Below are positions 7,332 through 16,790 of a stretch of 64,000 bases of DNA, in pieces. Under the pieces are notes generated by a model. That model was given only the letters and a program-made list of their open reading frames with translations. It was not told where the DNA came from and did not search any database. Each line of letters begins with the position of its first letter. Positions within the stretch are counted from its first letter, which is position 1. Location: positions 69,296 through 133,295 of the forward strand of contig JAPLXQ010000010.1 in NCBI GenBank assembly GCA_026395995.1, written 5' to 3'. A program made the position numbers and the translations under genes. This DNA comes from Candidatus Nomurabacteria bacterium (GTDB lineage Bacteria > Patescibacteriota > Minisyncoccia > Phycocordibacterales > UBA9973).

Positions 7332-10300
7332 ATGGAAGAAAAAAATAACACAAATAAATCAGAAGTAGCACTTCGTGAAGAAGCAGTTTTAGAATTTTGG
7401 AAAGAAAATGATATTTTCCAAAAAACTTTAAATAAAAAAGAAAATCCAAGAGGTGATTATATATTTTTCGATGGTCCGCCTACTGCGAATGGTATGCCAG
7501 GAATTCACCACATGGAAGCTCAAGCCTTCAAAGATGTCATGCCTCGTTATAAAACAATGAGAGGTTTTCATGTACCTAGAAAAGCTGGATGGGATACTCA
7601 CGGTCTTCCTGTGGAATTACAAGTAGAAAAAGCTCTCGGTTTGAAATCAAAAAAAGAAATTGAAAAATATGGTGTGGAACTTTTTAATCAAAAGTGTAAA
7701 GAAAGTGTTTGGAAATATCGAGATGAATGGATAAAATCACGTCAAAGAATGGGGTATTGGGTAGATATGGATAATGCTTATGTAACTTATAAAAATGATT
7801 ACATTGAAGCACTTTGGGGAGTAGTAGCAAAAGCCAATGATCGCGGACATTTATACAAAGACTTCAAAGTTCTTCCGTGGTGTACTCGTTGTGGAACAGC
7901 ACTTTCCAGTCACGAGCTTTCTCAACCAGGAGCATATAAAGATGTAAAGGATCTTTCAGTCTATGTGAAATTTAAAATAAAAGGTTTTGAAAATGGATAC
8001 TTTTTAGCTTGGACGACGACACCTTGGACTTTGCCTGGAAACGTGGGGCTAGCAGTCGGTAATGATTTTACTTATGTAGAAGCTAAAGTTGGTAATGATA
8101 TTTTGGTTCTTGCGAAAGAAAGATTAGAAATGATTACTGAGCCATACGAAATAATAGCAGAACATAAAGGTAGTGAAATGATTGGTATGGAATATGAACC
8201 ACTGTTTCCATATTTGAAAAATAATATAGAGAGTGATGTACGGACACAAATAGAAAATCTAAAAAACGCATTTAAAATTTATGGTGCAGATTTTGTGACG
8301 ACGACAGATGGTACAGGAATAGTACACACAGCAGTGATGTATGGAGCAGATGATTTTGACCTCGGTACAAAAGTTAACTTACCTAAATATCATACAGTAA
8401 ACGAAGAGGGAAGATTTGTTGCGGGTACTGATTTCCTCGAGGGACGATATGTAAAAGAAGCTGATGAGAATGGTAAGCCTACACTCGCGGTAGACATAAT
8501 AGACAATCTCACTGGCCGTGGACTTTTATTTAAAAAAGAAAATCACATGCACAGTTATCCGCATTGTTGGCGTTGTGATACACCGCTCATTTATTATGCG
8601 AGAACTTCTTGGTATTTCCGTATGAGTGCACTTCGTGATCAACTCCTAGCAGGAAATGAAAATATAAATTGGGAACCAAAACATATAAAAGAAGGACGTT
8701 TTGGTGAATGGCTCGACGGTATCAAGGATTGGGCTATTTCTCGTGATCGTTATTGGGGGACGCCGTTACCTATCTGGCAGAAGGCTGATGGAAGTTATAA
8801 AACTATTTCATCTCTTTTAGATTTGAAAAAATATACAAAGAAATCTGGAAATAAATATTTCATAATGCGCCACGGTGAGACAGAAGCCAATAAAAAAGGA
8901 ATTATTTGTTCATTACCTTCTGGTAAATGGCATCTAGATGAAGACGGAAAGAGGCAAGTAAATGAAACAGCTGAAAAATATAAAGATCAAAAAATTGATT
9001 TGATTTTTACTTCAGATTTTACTCGTACTCAAGAAACGGCAGAAATAATGGCTGATAAACTTGGATTAAATTCTGATCAAATTATCGTAGACCAAAGACT
9101 TCGTGAAATAGGTGCTTATTCTTTTGATGGAAAAAGTTGGAATGAATATCACGAGTATCATACAAAAACAGTTGAGAATTTCAACAAGCGTGTAAATGAA
9201 GATGAATCATATGAAGATGTAAAAATTCGTGTCACTTCTTTCCTTTATGAAATAGAAGAAAAATATAAAGATAAAAATATTTTATTTGTGACACATGGTG
9301 GACCAGCATGGTTGCTATTTGCTGGGGCTGAAGGTAAAGACCCAAAAGAAACATTAGACATGGTAATAGATAAGAAAGACTATCATTATTTCCAAAATGC
9401 AGAAATAAAAGAATTAAATTTTACTCCATTGCCACACAATGAAAAATTCGAATTAGATTTTCATAAACCATTTATTGATAATGTTGTATTAGAAAATAAC
9501 GGAGAAACACTTACTCGTACTTCAGAAGTGATGGACGTATGGTTCGACTCTGGGTCTATGCCTTATGCACAGGGTCATATACTTGGAGAAGAAATGAATT
9601 TCTCTCCCGCTAAAGCTGATTTTATTTCTGAAGGACTCGATCAGACTCGTGGTTGGTTTTATACTTTGCACGCTGTTTCAAATTTACTTTCAGACAAACC
9701 AAGTAATGCATATAACAATGTAATTTGTCTCGGGCTTATTCTGGATGCGAATGGACTCAAAATGTCCAAGTCTCGTGGTAATGCTGTAGACCCTTGGGCT
9801 ATGTTTGAAAAATATGGAGCAGACACTATTCGTCTCTGGATGTATTCTGTGAATCAGCCAGGGGAGTCAAAGAATTTTGACGAACGAACTGTGATGGAAC
9901 TTCACAGACAAGTTTTCGGACTTTTGTATAACATAGTTTCTTTTTATGAACTTTACCGAGACCATGACTTAGAAAGGTCTTTCCTTGAGGAGGAACATAG
10001 TGACGGGAAGGGTAAGTCCTTGCTAAGTCAGAACGTACTCGATATTTGGATTCTCGCTAGACTAAACGAATTAACAAAAAATGTTACAGAAAATTTGGAT
10101 GGCTACAAAACACTTGAACCAGTGCGCGCTATTCGTGATTTCATCGATGATTTATCTACATGGTATCTCCGTCGTTCACGTGAGAGAATTAAAGAAGGTG
10201 ATAAAAATGCAAAAGTTACTTTGTATTATGTTTTGAAAAACTTAACAAAACTTATGGCACCATTTGCACCATTTGCTAGTGAAGATATTTATCGAAAATT

Positions 10301-10862
10301 AAGAAATGAAAATGAGCCGGAATCTGTGCATCTTTGTGAATGGCCTAAATTCGAGGTTCTAGTTTCTAGTGATGAGGTTCTAGTGAAAATGCAGAAAACA
10401 AGAGACATTGTTTCTGTGGGATTAAAAGAGAGACAGAAATCAGGAATACCTGTGCGTCAGGTTTTGGGTAGTGTAAAGGTTCTTGTTGAAAAATTAGATA
10501 CTGAATACATTGATTTAATAAAAGAAGAATTGAACGTCAAAGAAGTAATACTAGAACCTAGCAACTCGAACCTAGAAACTAGTGTCGTACTCGACACAGT
10601 TATAACCCCTGAACTCAAAGAAGAAGGGAACTATCGCGAACTCGTTCGCGCTATTCAAGACATGCGTAAAAAAGCCGGACTTACTCCTTCAGACATAATT
10701 TCTCTTTCTATAGAAACTGATGAAATAGGAAAATCATTAATTCAAAAATTCGAAGCTGATTTCAAGAAAACTATTCTAATAAATGAAGTAAAATTTGAAA
10801 ATAACAGTGGGGAAGAGGTAAAAGTAGGCGCTTTAAATTTCAAAGTTAGTATTCTTAAATAA
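7332..10862 (+). CDS. ileS: isoleucyl-tRNA synthetase (type 2-like) carrying an inserted histidine-phosphatase domain at about 8790..9420
   Basis: HMEAQAF (HIGH-like), KMSKS, WAISRDRYWGTPLPIW and DVWFDSGSMPYAQ class-I editing aaRS motifs. The insert carries RHGETEAN, TRTQETAEI and VTHGG, the signature of the phosphoglycerate-mutase-like histidine phosphatase family. Confidence 0.85.
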   Translation: MEEKNNTNKSEVALREEAVLEFWKENDIFQKTLNKKENPRGDYIFFDGPPTANGMPGIHHMEAQAFKDVMPRYKTMRGFHVPRKAGWDTHGLPVELQVEKALGLKSKKEIEKYGVELFNQKCKESVWKYRDEWIKSRQRMGYWVDMDNAYVTYKNDYIEALWGVVAKANDRGHLYKDFKVLPWCTRCGTALSSHELSQPGAYKDVKDLSVYVKFKIKGFENGYFLAWTTTPWTLPGNVGLAVGNDFTYVEAKVGNDILVLAKERLEMITEPYEIIAEHKGSEMIGMEYEPLFPYLKNNIESDVRTQIENLKNAFKIYGADFVTTTDGTGIVHTAVMYGADDFDLGTKVNLPKYHTVNEEGRFVAGTDFLEGRYVKEADENGKPTLAVDIIDNLTGRGLLFKKENHMHSYPHCWRCDTPLIYYARTSWYFRMSALRDQLLAGNENINWEPKHIKEGRFGEWLDGIKDWAISRDRYWGTPLPIWQKADGSYKTISSLLDLKKYTKKSGNKYFIMRHGETEANKKGIICSLPSGKWHLDEDGKRQVNETAEKYKDQKIDLIFTSDFTRTQETAEIMADKLGLNSDQIIVDQRLREIGAYSFDGKSWNEYHEYHTKTVENFNKRVNEDESYEDVKIRVTSFLYEIEEKYKDKNILFVTHGGPAWLLFAGAEGKDPKETLDMVIDKKDYHYFQNAEIKELNFTPLPHNEKFELDFHKPFIDNVVLENNGETLTRTSEVMDVWFDSGSMPYAQGHILGEEMNFSPAKADFISEGLDQTRGWFYTLHAVSNLLSDKPSNAYNNVICLGLILDANGLKMSKSRGNAVDPWAMFEKYGADTIRLWMYSVNQPGESKNFDERTVMELHRQVFGLLYNIVSFYELYRDHDLERSFLEEEHSDGKGKSLLSQNVLDIWILARLNELTKNVTENLDGYKTLEPVRAIRDFIDDLSTWYLRRSRERIKEGDKNAKVTLYYVLKNLTKLMAPFAPFASEDIYRKLRNENEPESVHLCEWPKFEVLVSSDEVLVKMQKTRDIVSVGLKERQKSGIPVRQVLGSVKVLVEKLDTEYIDLIKEELNVKEVILEPSNSNLETSVVLDTVITPELKEEGNYRELVRAIQDMRKKAGLTPSDIISLSIETDEIGKSLIQKFEADFKKTILINEVKFENNSGEEVKVGALNFKVSILK

Positions 10863-11006
10863 TTGACAATTAATTTAAAAGTAATATCATATAAGTGTAT
10901 GAATATAAATTTTGTATTAAAAACAAAGAAGTCAAAGAAACTCTCAATCGAGGGCTCTTTTGCTTCATAATTTAGATACAACTTTCTCAAGTCAGTCTAT
11001 AAGCAA

Positions 11007-11035
11007 AAAGTCCCCCTCGATGGGGGCTTTTGTTT
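11007..11035 (+). terminator. Rho-independent terminator after ileS
   Basis: AGTCCCCCtcgatGGGGGCT followed by TTTTGTTT. Confidence 0.6.
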
Positions 11036-11465
11036 CGTAGTCTGACTCTTGTGTAGAAATTTTCCACCTAAAAGCCAGATTACCAAACAGTGTGCTTTGG
11101 TAAGGACTGGGATTAGTTATTTAACAATAAAATCAAAATAGGATGAAAAAAATCAACACATTTTTTCGGTTTATTATGTCTTTCTTTAAAAAGAAACAAA
11201 ATAAAAAAGTAGCAACATCACAAGAAAAACCATCTTTTCATCCAAATGATCCATTTGGTGAGGGGTGGAGCGGGCAAATATAATTTTGCTCGCTTTTTCT
11301 GTTTAGATAAGATAAATTGACTTTTTATATAAAATACTTTATAATAATTCAAATTCTAAGGTTCTTCGAAAATGTTATTTTTGTTGTATTCGTTTGAGTT
11401 ACTTTGTATTCCTATATGGAATTTAAGGTAATTCAAATTAATATTAACAATTAAAACCTATAAAA

Positions 11466-12305
11466 ATGAAAAATAATACTATCGAAAAAACGGTTTTCTC
11501 TATCAATGAACTTTTAGAGAGAAAAAAAGAAAATGAAGATTTATATATTCAAGATGAATTAAGATCTTTAATTAGTGACATATTTAAAAGCCCGAAAGAT
11601 GCTGCGGAGTTCTTTTCCAAAGAAGTTAAATCTACTCTAAAAAAAATTATCTGTATGGATAAAAGTACGGGTGCGTACAGTCTATATAAGTATTTGAAAG
11701 AAAGCGATTTTTCTTTTTCTGAAGGGCTTCTCATGTATGCAATAGACAATGAACCTTATTATAACAATAATGACAGTGCTTTCGTTTATTACTTATTAAA
11801 AGCTGTGCATAAAACAGAATTAGAAAAAAGTGTAACACTTTTTGTAAATCAAACTCTTCTCTTAGAAGGACATTTTTGGGATTATAAAGAGATATTTATA
11901 AATTCATACGAGTTGCACAGAAAAAATCTAATTCCTCAAATTCCTCAAAATATAGAAAGAGAAATAATTCATTCTGTAAGTACAGGTCAGCATCATCACC
12001 GCAAAATGAAAGCAATAGCTACTTCTGTTTTCTTGGGTATACAGGGAGCAACGCCTCATATTTTAAACACTTTCCTCTCAAAAGTAAGAGAGGTGATTAA
12101 AATGAAAGAGCAAGGAGAAATTAAAGTTAACTACAACATAAATAATTCAGTTCAAAATTTGGGATTTGTTCTGTATTGTTTAACTAATGAAGAAAAATAT
12201 AAGGAGTTAAGCATTTGCCCAACTGACGGACTATTTGACGGGGACGATGTAAGAATACCAATCTTTAACACTATATATGAAACTATTAAAAAATATAATT
12301 ATTAA
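11466..12305 (+). CDS. hypothetical protein
   Basis: 279-aa ORF. No family recognised. Confidence 0.4.
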   Translation: MKNNTIEKTVFSINELLERKKENEDLYIQDELRSLISDIFKSPKDAAEFFSKEVKSTLKKIICMDKSTGAYSLYKYLKESDFSFSEGLLMYAIDNEPYYNNNDSAFVYYLLKAVHKTELEKSVTLFVNQTLLLEGHFWDYKEIFINSYELHRKNLIPQIPQNIEREIIHSVSTGQHHHRKMKAIATSVFLGIQGATPHILNTFLSKVREVIKMKEQGEIKVNYNINNSVQNLGFVLYCLTNEEKYKELSICPTDGLFDGDDVRIPIFNTIYETIKKYNY

Positions 12306-12321
12306 TATAGTTATATTGAGG

Positions 12322-12352
12322 ACGGATACGAGTAATCGTATCCGTTTTTTTT
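12322..12352. terminator. bidirectional Rho-independent terminator between the converging 11466 gene and recG
   Basis: ACGGATACGagtaatCGTATCCGT flanked by T and A runs. Confidence 0.6.
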
Positions 12353-14570
12353 ATTCAAAATGCAATTCTAAATGCTTTTTGGAAAGCATAGTTTTTAGTA
12401 GAGGGTGGTGTATGAGGTCTGGGTCGGTGGCGATAATGTTTGTCGCTTCGAGGCGGGCGGCTTCAACCATTTTTATATTTTTTATGGCTTCCATTCCGAG
12501 GTCAGTGATGCCCCATTGTTTCGCGCCGCCTAGTTCACCTGCACCGCGAAGTGTGAGGTCGAGTTCGGAAAGTTCAAAACCATTTTTAGCAGTTTTGAGA
12601 GCATTCAATCTGTGCATAGTTTTTTCAGATTTTGCTTCTGCGAAAACATAGCAAAAAGCTTGGTGATTACTACGGATCACGCGTCCACGGAGCTGGTGTA
12701 GTTGTGCGAGCCCAAATCTCTCTGCACCTTCGATGATTATTATCGTCGCATTCGGAACATTCACGCCCACTTCGATTACAGATGTTGCAACGAGAATATC
12801 AATAGCACCCAAAGTAAAACGCTCCATCACTTCTTCTTTTTTTTCTTTACTCATCTTGCTATGAAGTACTCCGATTTCACAATCTGTAAATATTTCTTTT
12901 TTAAGTCTTTTTGCTTCAGCTACTGCAGACTTCATTGTGAGAGCTAGTTCCTTTTCCGGATCTGGTTCGTCGATACGAGGGCAGATGACATAGAGCTGTC
13001 TACCTTTGGCCATTTCTTCTTTTATTTTTTTATAAGTATCTTCTCTTTTGTCTGGAGTAATTATTTCTGTAATCACTGGTTTTCTACCTGCTGGCATTTC
13101 GTTGAGCAAACTTAAATCAAGGTCACCATAAATAGTGAGCGCAAGAGTGCGGGGAATCGGTGTCGCTGTCATTGAAAGTAGATGAGGGGCGAAGCCGTCT
13201 TTGCGAACAAGATTTCTTCTTTGGTTTGTACCGAAACGATGTTGTTCATCGATTATTGTGAGTGCGAGGTTTTTAAATTTCACCGATTTTGAAATGAGTG
13301 CGTGGGTGCCGATAAGTATTGGAATTTCACCATTAGCAGTCCATTTCAAAAGTTGAGCTCTGGAAATATTTGTCCAGCCGTCAGGACTAACCTTTGAAGG
13401 AAACTTCCGACAGGTCTTGCCTGTCAGCAAGGCGACGTTGATCGGTAAATGTTTAAAATATTTTATAAACGATTCAAAATGTTGAGTTGCTAAAATTTCC
13501 GTCGGTGCCATATATGCGACTTGGAGATTTCCGAATGTTTGAGGCTTGCCCTGAGCGGAGTCGAAGGGTCTTTGAGTAACTGTCGCATAAGTCACAGTCG
13601 CTGCGACGGCAGTTTTACCAGAGCCTACGTCGCCTTCGAGAAGGCGAGACATTGGGTGGTCCGCTTTAATATCAGTGAGAATTGTATTAATAGCATCGAC
13701 TTGTCCTTGAGTCGCTTGAAAAGGAAAACGTTCCAAGAATTCTTGCACCTTAGCTTCATCTGGATTAACGCAAAATGATTTATTATTTTTATATTCTCTG
13801 CGGTCTTGTTGTCTTTGTAATTGGATGAAAAAAACTTCTTCAAAAGCAAAACGCTTTCTAGCTGAAAGGGAATCGTGTTCATTTTGCGGTGTATGAATCC
13901 AAATGAGTGCAGTCTTCAAACTCGGTAAATGATATTTATCTAAAATGTCTTTTGGTATGTAATCGAAAAAACTATCCAATACACCACTGTTAAATATTTT
14001 TTGTATTGTATGATAAATCCACTTTGAAGTAATACCTCTAGTTTCTCTGTATACAGGATATGAAAGTCCTACTCCCTCTCCTTTATAAGGAGAGGGTCGG
14101 GGTGAGGTGGATTTTTCAGGGGGTGAATTCTTAAATAAACTCTCATGTTTATCTATAGGAAGGCTTCCAATTTTTTCAAATTCTGGATTAGTAAGATATA
14201 AACCGCTTTTACTTTCGGTAACTTTCCCTGTGAGTTTGATGTTTTCTCCTTCATGAATCATTTTTGCAAGGTAAGCTTGGTGAAACCAAATTATTTTTAT
14301 TCTTCCTGAGAGGTCTTCGATGTAAGCTTCGCCCATAGGAATCTTTGAACGGAAACCTTTTTTTGTTTTTAAATTTGTTACTTTTCCATACACTGTGGCT
14401 GTTTCACCAGCTACTAACTCATCAATTTGTTTTATTTGAGAAATATCTGAGTAACGAACAGGGAAGTAGAATAGTAGGTCGGCAACAGAAAAAAGCCCGA
14501 GCTTGTGAAGGGCTTTTTTCTGATTGATGTCGAGGCGTGAAATGTCCTCAAGTTTGTCACCTATATTCAT
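12351..14570 (-). CDS. recG: ATP-dependent DNA helicase RecG, with an in-frame GC-rich palindromic insert near its N-terminus
   Basis: DVGSGKTAVAA Walker A and DEQHRFG DEAH box, plus the N-terminal wedge-domain region. 739 aa. Confidence 0.8.
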   Translation of the reverse strand: MNIGDKLEDISRLDINQKKALHKLGLFSVADLLFYFPVRYSDISQIKQIDELVAGETATVYGKVTNLKTKKGFRSKIPMGEAYIEDLSGRIKIIWFHQAYLAKMIHEGENIKLTGKVTESKSGLYLTNPEFEKIGSLPIDKHESLFKNSPPEKSTSPRPSPYKGEGVGLSYPVYRETRGITSKWIYHTIQKIFNSGVLDSFFDYIPKDILDKYHLPSLKTALIWIHTPQNEHDSLSARKRFAFEEVFFIQLQRQQDRREYKNNKSFCVNPDEAKVQEFLERFPFQATQGQVDAINTILTDIKADHPMSRLLEGDVGSGKTAVAATVTYATVTQRPFDSAQGKPQTFGNLQVAYMAPTEILATQHFESFIKYFKHLPINVALLTGKTCRKFPSKVSPDGWTNISRAQLLKWTANGEIPILIGTHALISKSVKFKNLALTIIDEQHRFGTNQRRNLVRKDGFAPHLLSMTATPIPRTLALTIYGDLDLSLLNEMPAGRKPVITEIITPDKREDTYKKIKEEMAKGRQLYVICPRIDEPDPEKELALTMKSAVAEAKRLKKEIFTDCEIGVLHSKMSKEKKEEVMERFTLGAIDILVATSVIEVGVNVPNATIIIIEGAERFGLAQLHQLRGRVIRSNHQAFCYVFAEAKSEKTMHRLNALKTAKNGFELSELDLTLRGAGELGGAKQWGITDLGMEAIKNIKMVEAARLEATNIIATDPDLIHHPLLKTMLSKKHLELHFE
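14071..14125. repeat. GC-rich palindromic element inside recG (CCCTCTCCtttataaGGAGAGGG followed by TCGGGGTGAGGTGG)
   Basis: Perfect 8+8 palindrome plus conserved tail. Encodes SPRPSPYKGEGVG in frame. Related copies at 39371..39418 and 33567..33600. Confidence 0.6.
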
Positions 14571-14578
14571 AGGGTTTA

Positions 14579-14953
14579 TTAGTTACCGATTAAATCTTTA
14601 ACCTTCTTGGTGAGTTCATCAAGAGTAAAATTGGACTTTACCATAAATTCACTGATACCGAGCTTTTGGGCACGAGCAATATCTTTTTCTTCTGAAAGGT
14701 TTGAGAAAACTATTACAGGCACTGTGAGCATTGCTTTATTTTCACGAATTTTCTCTAGAATCATAAAACCGTCGACTTCAGGAAGAAGAAGGTCTAATAA
14801 GATTAAATCAATTTTTTCTCCACCGTCAATGATCTTAAAGGCTTCTTTGCTGTTTACAGCTGTGACTAGTTCATAGCCATCCTTTTTAAGCTTGGTTGCT
14901 TCTAAACCTTGAAGGAATAAATCGTCTTCTATTATAAGTATTTTTTTAGCCAT
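14579..14953 (-). CDS. response regulator, receiver domain only (CheY-like)
   Basis: KILIIEDD ... DLILLDLLLP ... phosphoacceptor Asp context. 124 aa. Confidence 0.7.
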   Translation of the reverse strand: MAKKILIIEDDLFLQGLEATKLKKDGYELVTAVNSKEAFKIIDGGEKIDLILLDLLLPEVDGFMILEKIRENKAMLTVPVIVFSNLSEEKDIARAQKLGISEFMVKSNFTLDELTKKVKDLIGN

Positions 14954-14990
14954 ATGTATATTTTACTCTGATATATTTTTTTTGCAAATC

Positions 14991-15746
14991 TTAGCTTTTC
15001 CAGACCGGTACAGTAAATAAAAACGTCGCCCCTTGGCCTTCCAGTGATTCAAACCAAACTTTACCACCATGAGTCTCTATTATTTTCTTTGAAGTATAAA
15101 GTCCAATACCAGAACCCATGGCTTCTTTCTTCTGGGCCTTATCTGTACGATAAAATTTCTCAAATATTTTTCCTTTACTGTCTTCAGAAATACCAATACC
15201 AGAATCTTTTACTGAAACTTCAACAAAATCATCCTCATTTACTTTTATTGAAACAAAAATCTTTCCATGGTAATTGCTATATTTGATAGCATTTTCAATT
15301 AAATTTTGAAGCACAACACGAATTTTTTCTTTATCAGCTTTTACATGCGGAATTGTATTAATTGGTTTTAAGAAAATTAATTCAATACCACGAGCAGCTG
15401 ACTCTCCAGAAAAATCAAAAATTGTATTTTCTATAGTATCTATTAAATTTGTGTTTTCAAAAATATATTCTTTTTCTACGACATCTTCTGACTTATTGAT
15501 TAATAAGATTTCACTGACTAAACCAATAGATCTTTCATTACCCTCATAAGCTCTTCGCAAAAGAGTCTCTTGTTCAGAAGTTAATTTGCCGAGATCACCA
15601 TCGAGAAACATTTTAATAATCCATTTGAGAGCAGCAAGGGATGTACGTATTTGGTGCGCCCCAATAGAAACTATTTCTGATTTTACAGCATTTAGCTTTA
15701 TAAGTCTCTCATTTTCTTCAAGTAATTTTTGAATGTCTTCTGTCAT
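14991..15746 (-). CDS. cytoplasmic sensor histidine kinase (HisKA + HATPase_c, no transmembrane or sensor domain)
   Basis: H-box SIGAHQIRTSLAAL, N-box NLIENAIKYS, G-boxes DSGIGI and GSGIGL. Confidence 0.7.
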   Translation of the reverse strand: MTEDIQKLLEENERLIKLNAVKSEIVSIGAHQIRTSLAALKWIIKMFLDGDLGKLTSEQETLLRRAYEGNERSIGLVSEILLINKSEDVVEKEYIFENTNLIDTIENTIFDFSGESAARGIELIFLKPINTIPHVKADKEKIRVVLQNLIENAIKYSNYHGKIFVSIKVNEDDFVEVSVKDSGIGISEDSKGKIFEKFYRTDKAQKKEAMGSGIGLYTSKKIIETHGGKVWFESLEGQGATFLFTVPVWKS

Positions 15747-15811
15747 ATAAATATTTTAGCACAAGATTTGTCTATTAGATATTCTTTAAGAGAAGTATTA
15801 TAATATAGCCT

Positions 15812-16786
15812 ATGAATAAAAAAGTCTTTATAACAAGGAAAATTCCAGACCTCGGAATTACAATGTTAAAAAATAAGGGTTATGAGGTAGATGTTTATCC
15901 AAAGAATAAAATAATGTCTCAGAAGGAGCTGGTATCTGTTCTTAAAAAGAAAGATTATGATGCTGTTTTGTGTTTATTGACCGATAAAATAGATGCTAAG
16001 ATTTATAGTGCTGCACCAAACACAAAGTTGTACGTGAACTATGCGACCGGCTTTGATAATTTAGATTTGGCTGAAGCTAAAAAACGTGGAATTTTGATTG
16101 CCAATGCTCCTGCCGATTTAGCCTCAGAAGCTGTCGCCGAGCATGCTCTCGTAATGATGCTAGCTCTTGCAGCGAGAATTGTCGAAGCCGATGATTTTGT
16201 TCGTCGTGGAAAGTATAAAGGTTGGGATCCGATGCATTTTATCGGTACAGATATTTTAGGGAAAACTCTCGGTCTTGTCGGTGCTGGTAGAATAGGGGAA
16301 CGAGTAGCTTTTTATGCAAAAGGGTTAGGAATGAAAATAATCTATACTGATGTCACAAAAAATTCTAGGATTGAAGAATCGGTCGGTGCAGAATACGTTT
16401 CTTCTATTGAAGAACTTTTACCAAAAGCTGATCTTGTGAGTTTGCATGTTCCACTACTTGATTCGACAAAGCACCTGATGAATGAAAAACATTTTAAGAT
16501 GATGAAATCGACTGCTTTTTTAGTAAATACTTCTCGTGGCCCTGTCGTTGATGAAAAAGCTCTCGTAAAAGCTTTGAAAGAAAAAGTTATTGCTGGAGCC
16601 GGTCTTGATGTTTTTGAGTTTGAACCAAAATTGGTTTCTGGTTTAGCAAAACTTAATAATGTTATTTTGACACCACACATAGGTTCAGCCAGTGTCGAAG
16701 CACGCAATCAAATGGCTGAGGTCGCAGTAAATAATATAATAGATTTTTTTGAAGGAAAACTTCCAAAGAATATTGTAAATAAATAA
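15812..16786 (+). CDS. D-isomer-specific 2-hydroxyacid dehydrogenase (D-lactate / glycerate / hydroxypyruvate reductase-like)
   Basis: [16 protein letters not shown]-binding motif and the catalytic region LHVPL ... [10 protein letters not shown] ... HIGSAS. Confidence 0.7.
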   Translation: MNKKVFITRKIPDLGITMLKNKGYEVDVYPKNKIMSQKELVSVLKKKDYDAVLCLLTDKIDAKIYSAAPNTKLYVNYATGFDNLDLAEAKKRGILIANAPADLASEAVAEHALVMMLALAARIVEADDFVRRGKYKGWDPMHFIGTDILGKTLGLVGAGRIGERVAFYAKGLGMKIIYTDVTKNSRIEESVGAEYVSSIEELLPKADLVSLHVPLLDSTKHLMNEKHFKMMKSTAFLVNTSRGPVVDEKALVKALKEKVIAGAGLDVFEFEPKLVSGLAKLNNVILTPHIGSASVEARNQMAEVAVNNIIDFFEGKLPKNIVNK

Positions 16787-16790
16787 AAAT

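Noticed and set aside
11143-11283. 46-codon ORF ending in ...DPFGEGWSGQI with a GGTGAGGGGTGGAG tail resembling the palindromic element tail
   Set aside because: Similarity to the GAGGGTCGGGGTG family is weak and there is no palindrome. Kept only as a possible small ORF, not a feature.
12277-12651. Plus-strand ORFs antisense to recG (12277..12651, 12702..12947, 13521..13778, 14345..14527) and the other short antisense ORFs inside ileS, pgm-pyk, eno, pilB, pilT and the helicase
   Set aside because: They are embedded in the opposite strand of well-supported long genes, with no motifs. Treated as chance ORFs.
15812-16786. Assigning the 2-hydroxyacid dehydrogenase specifically as D-lactate dehydrogenase or SerA
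   Set aside because: Family motifs are shared among D-LDH, glycerate dehydrogenase, PGDH and hydroxypyruvate reductase. Substrate cannot be inferred without phylogeny.
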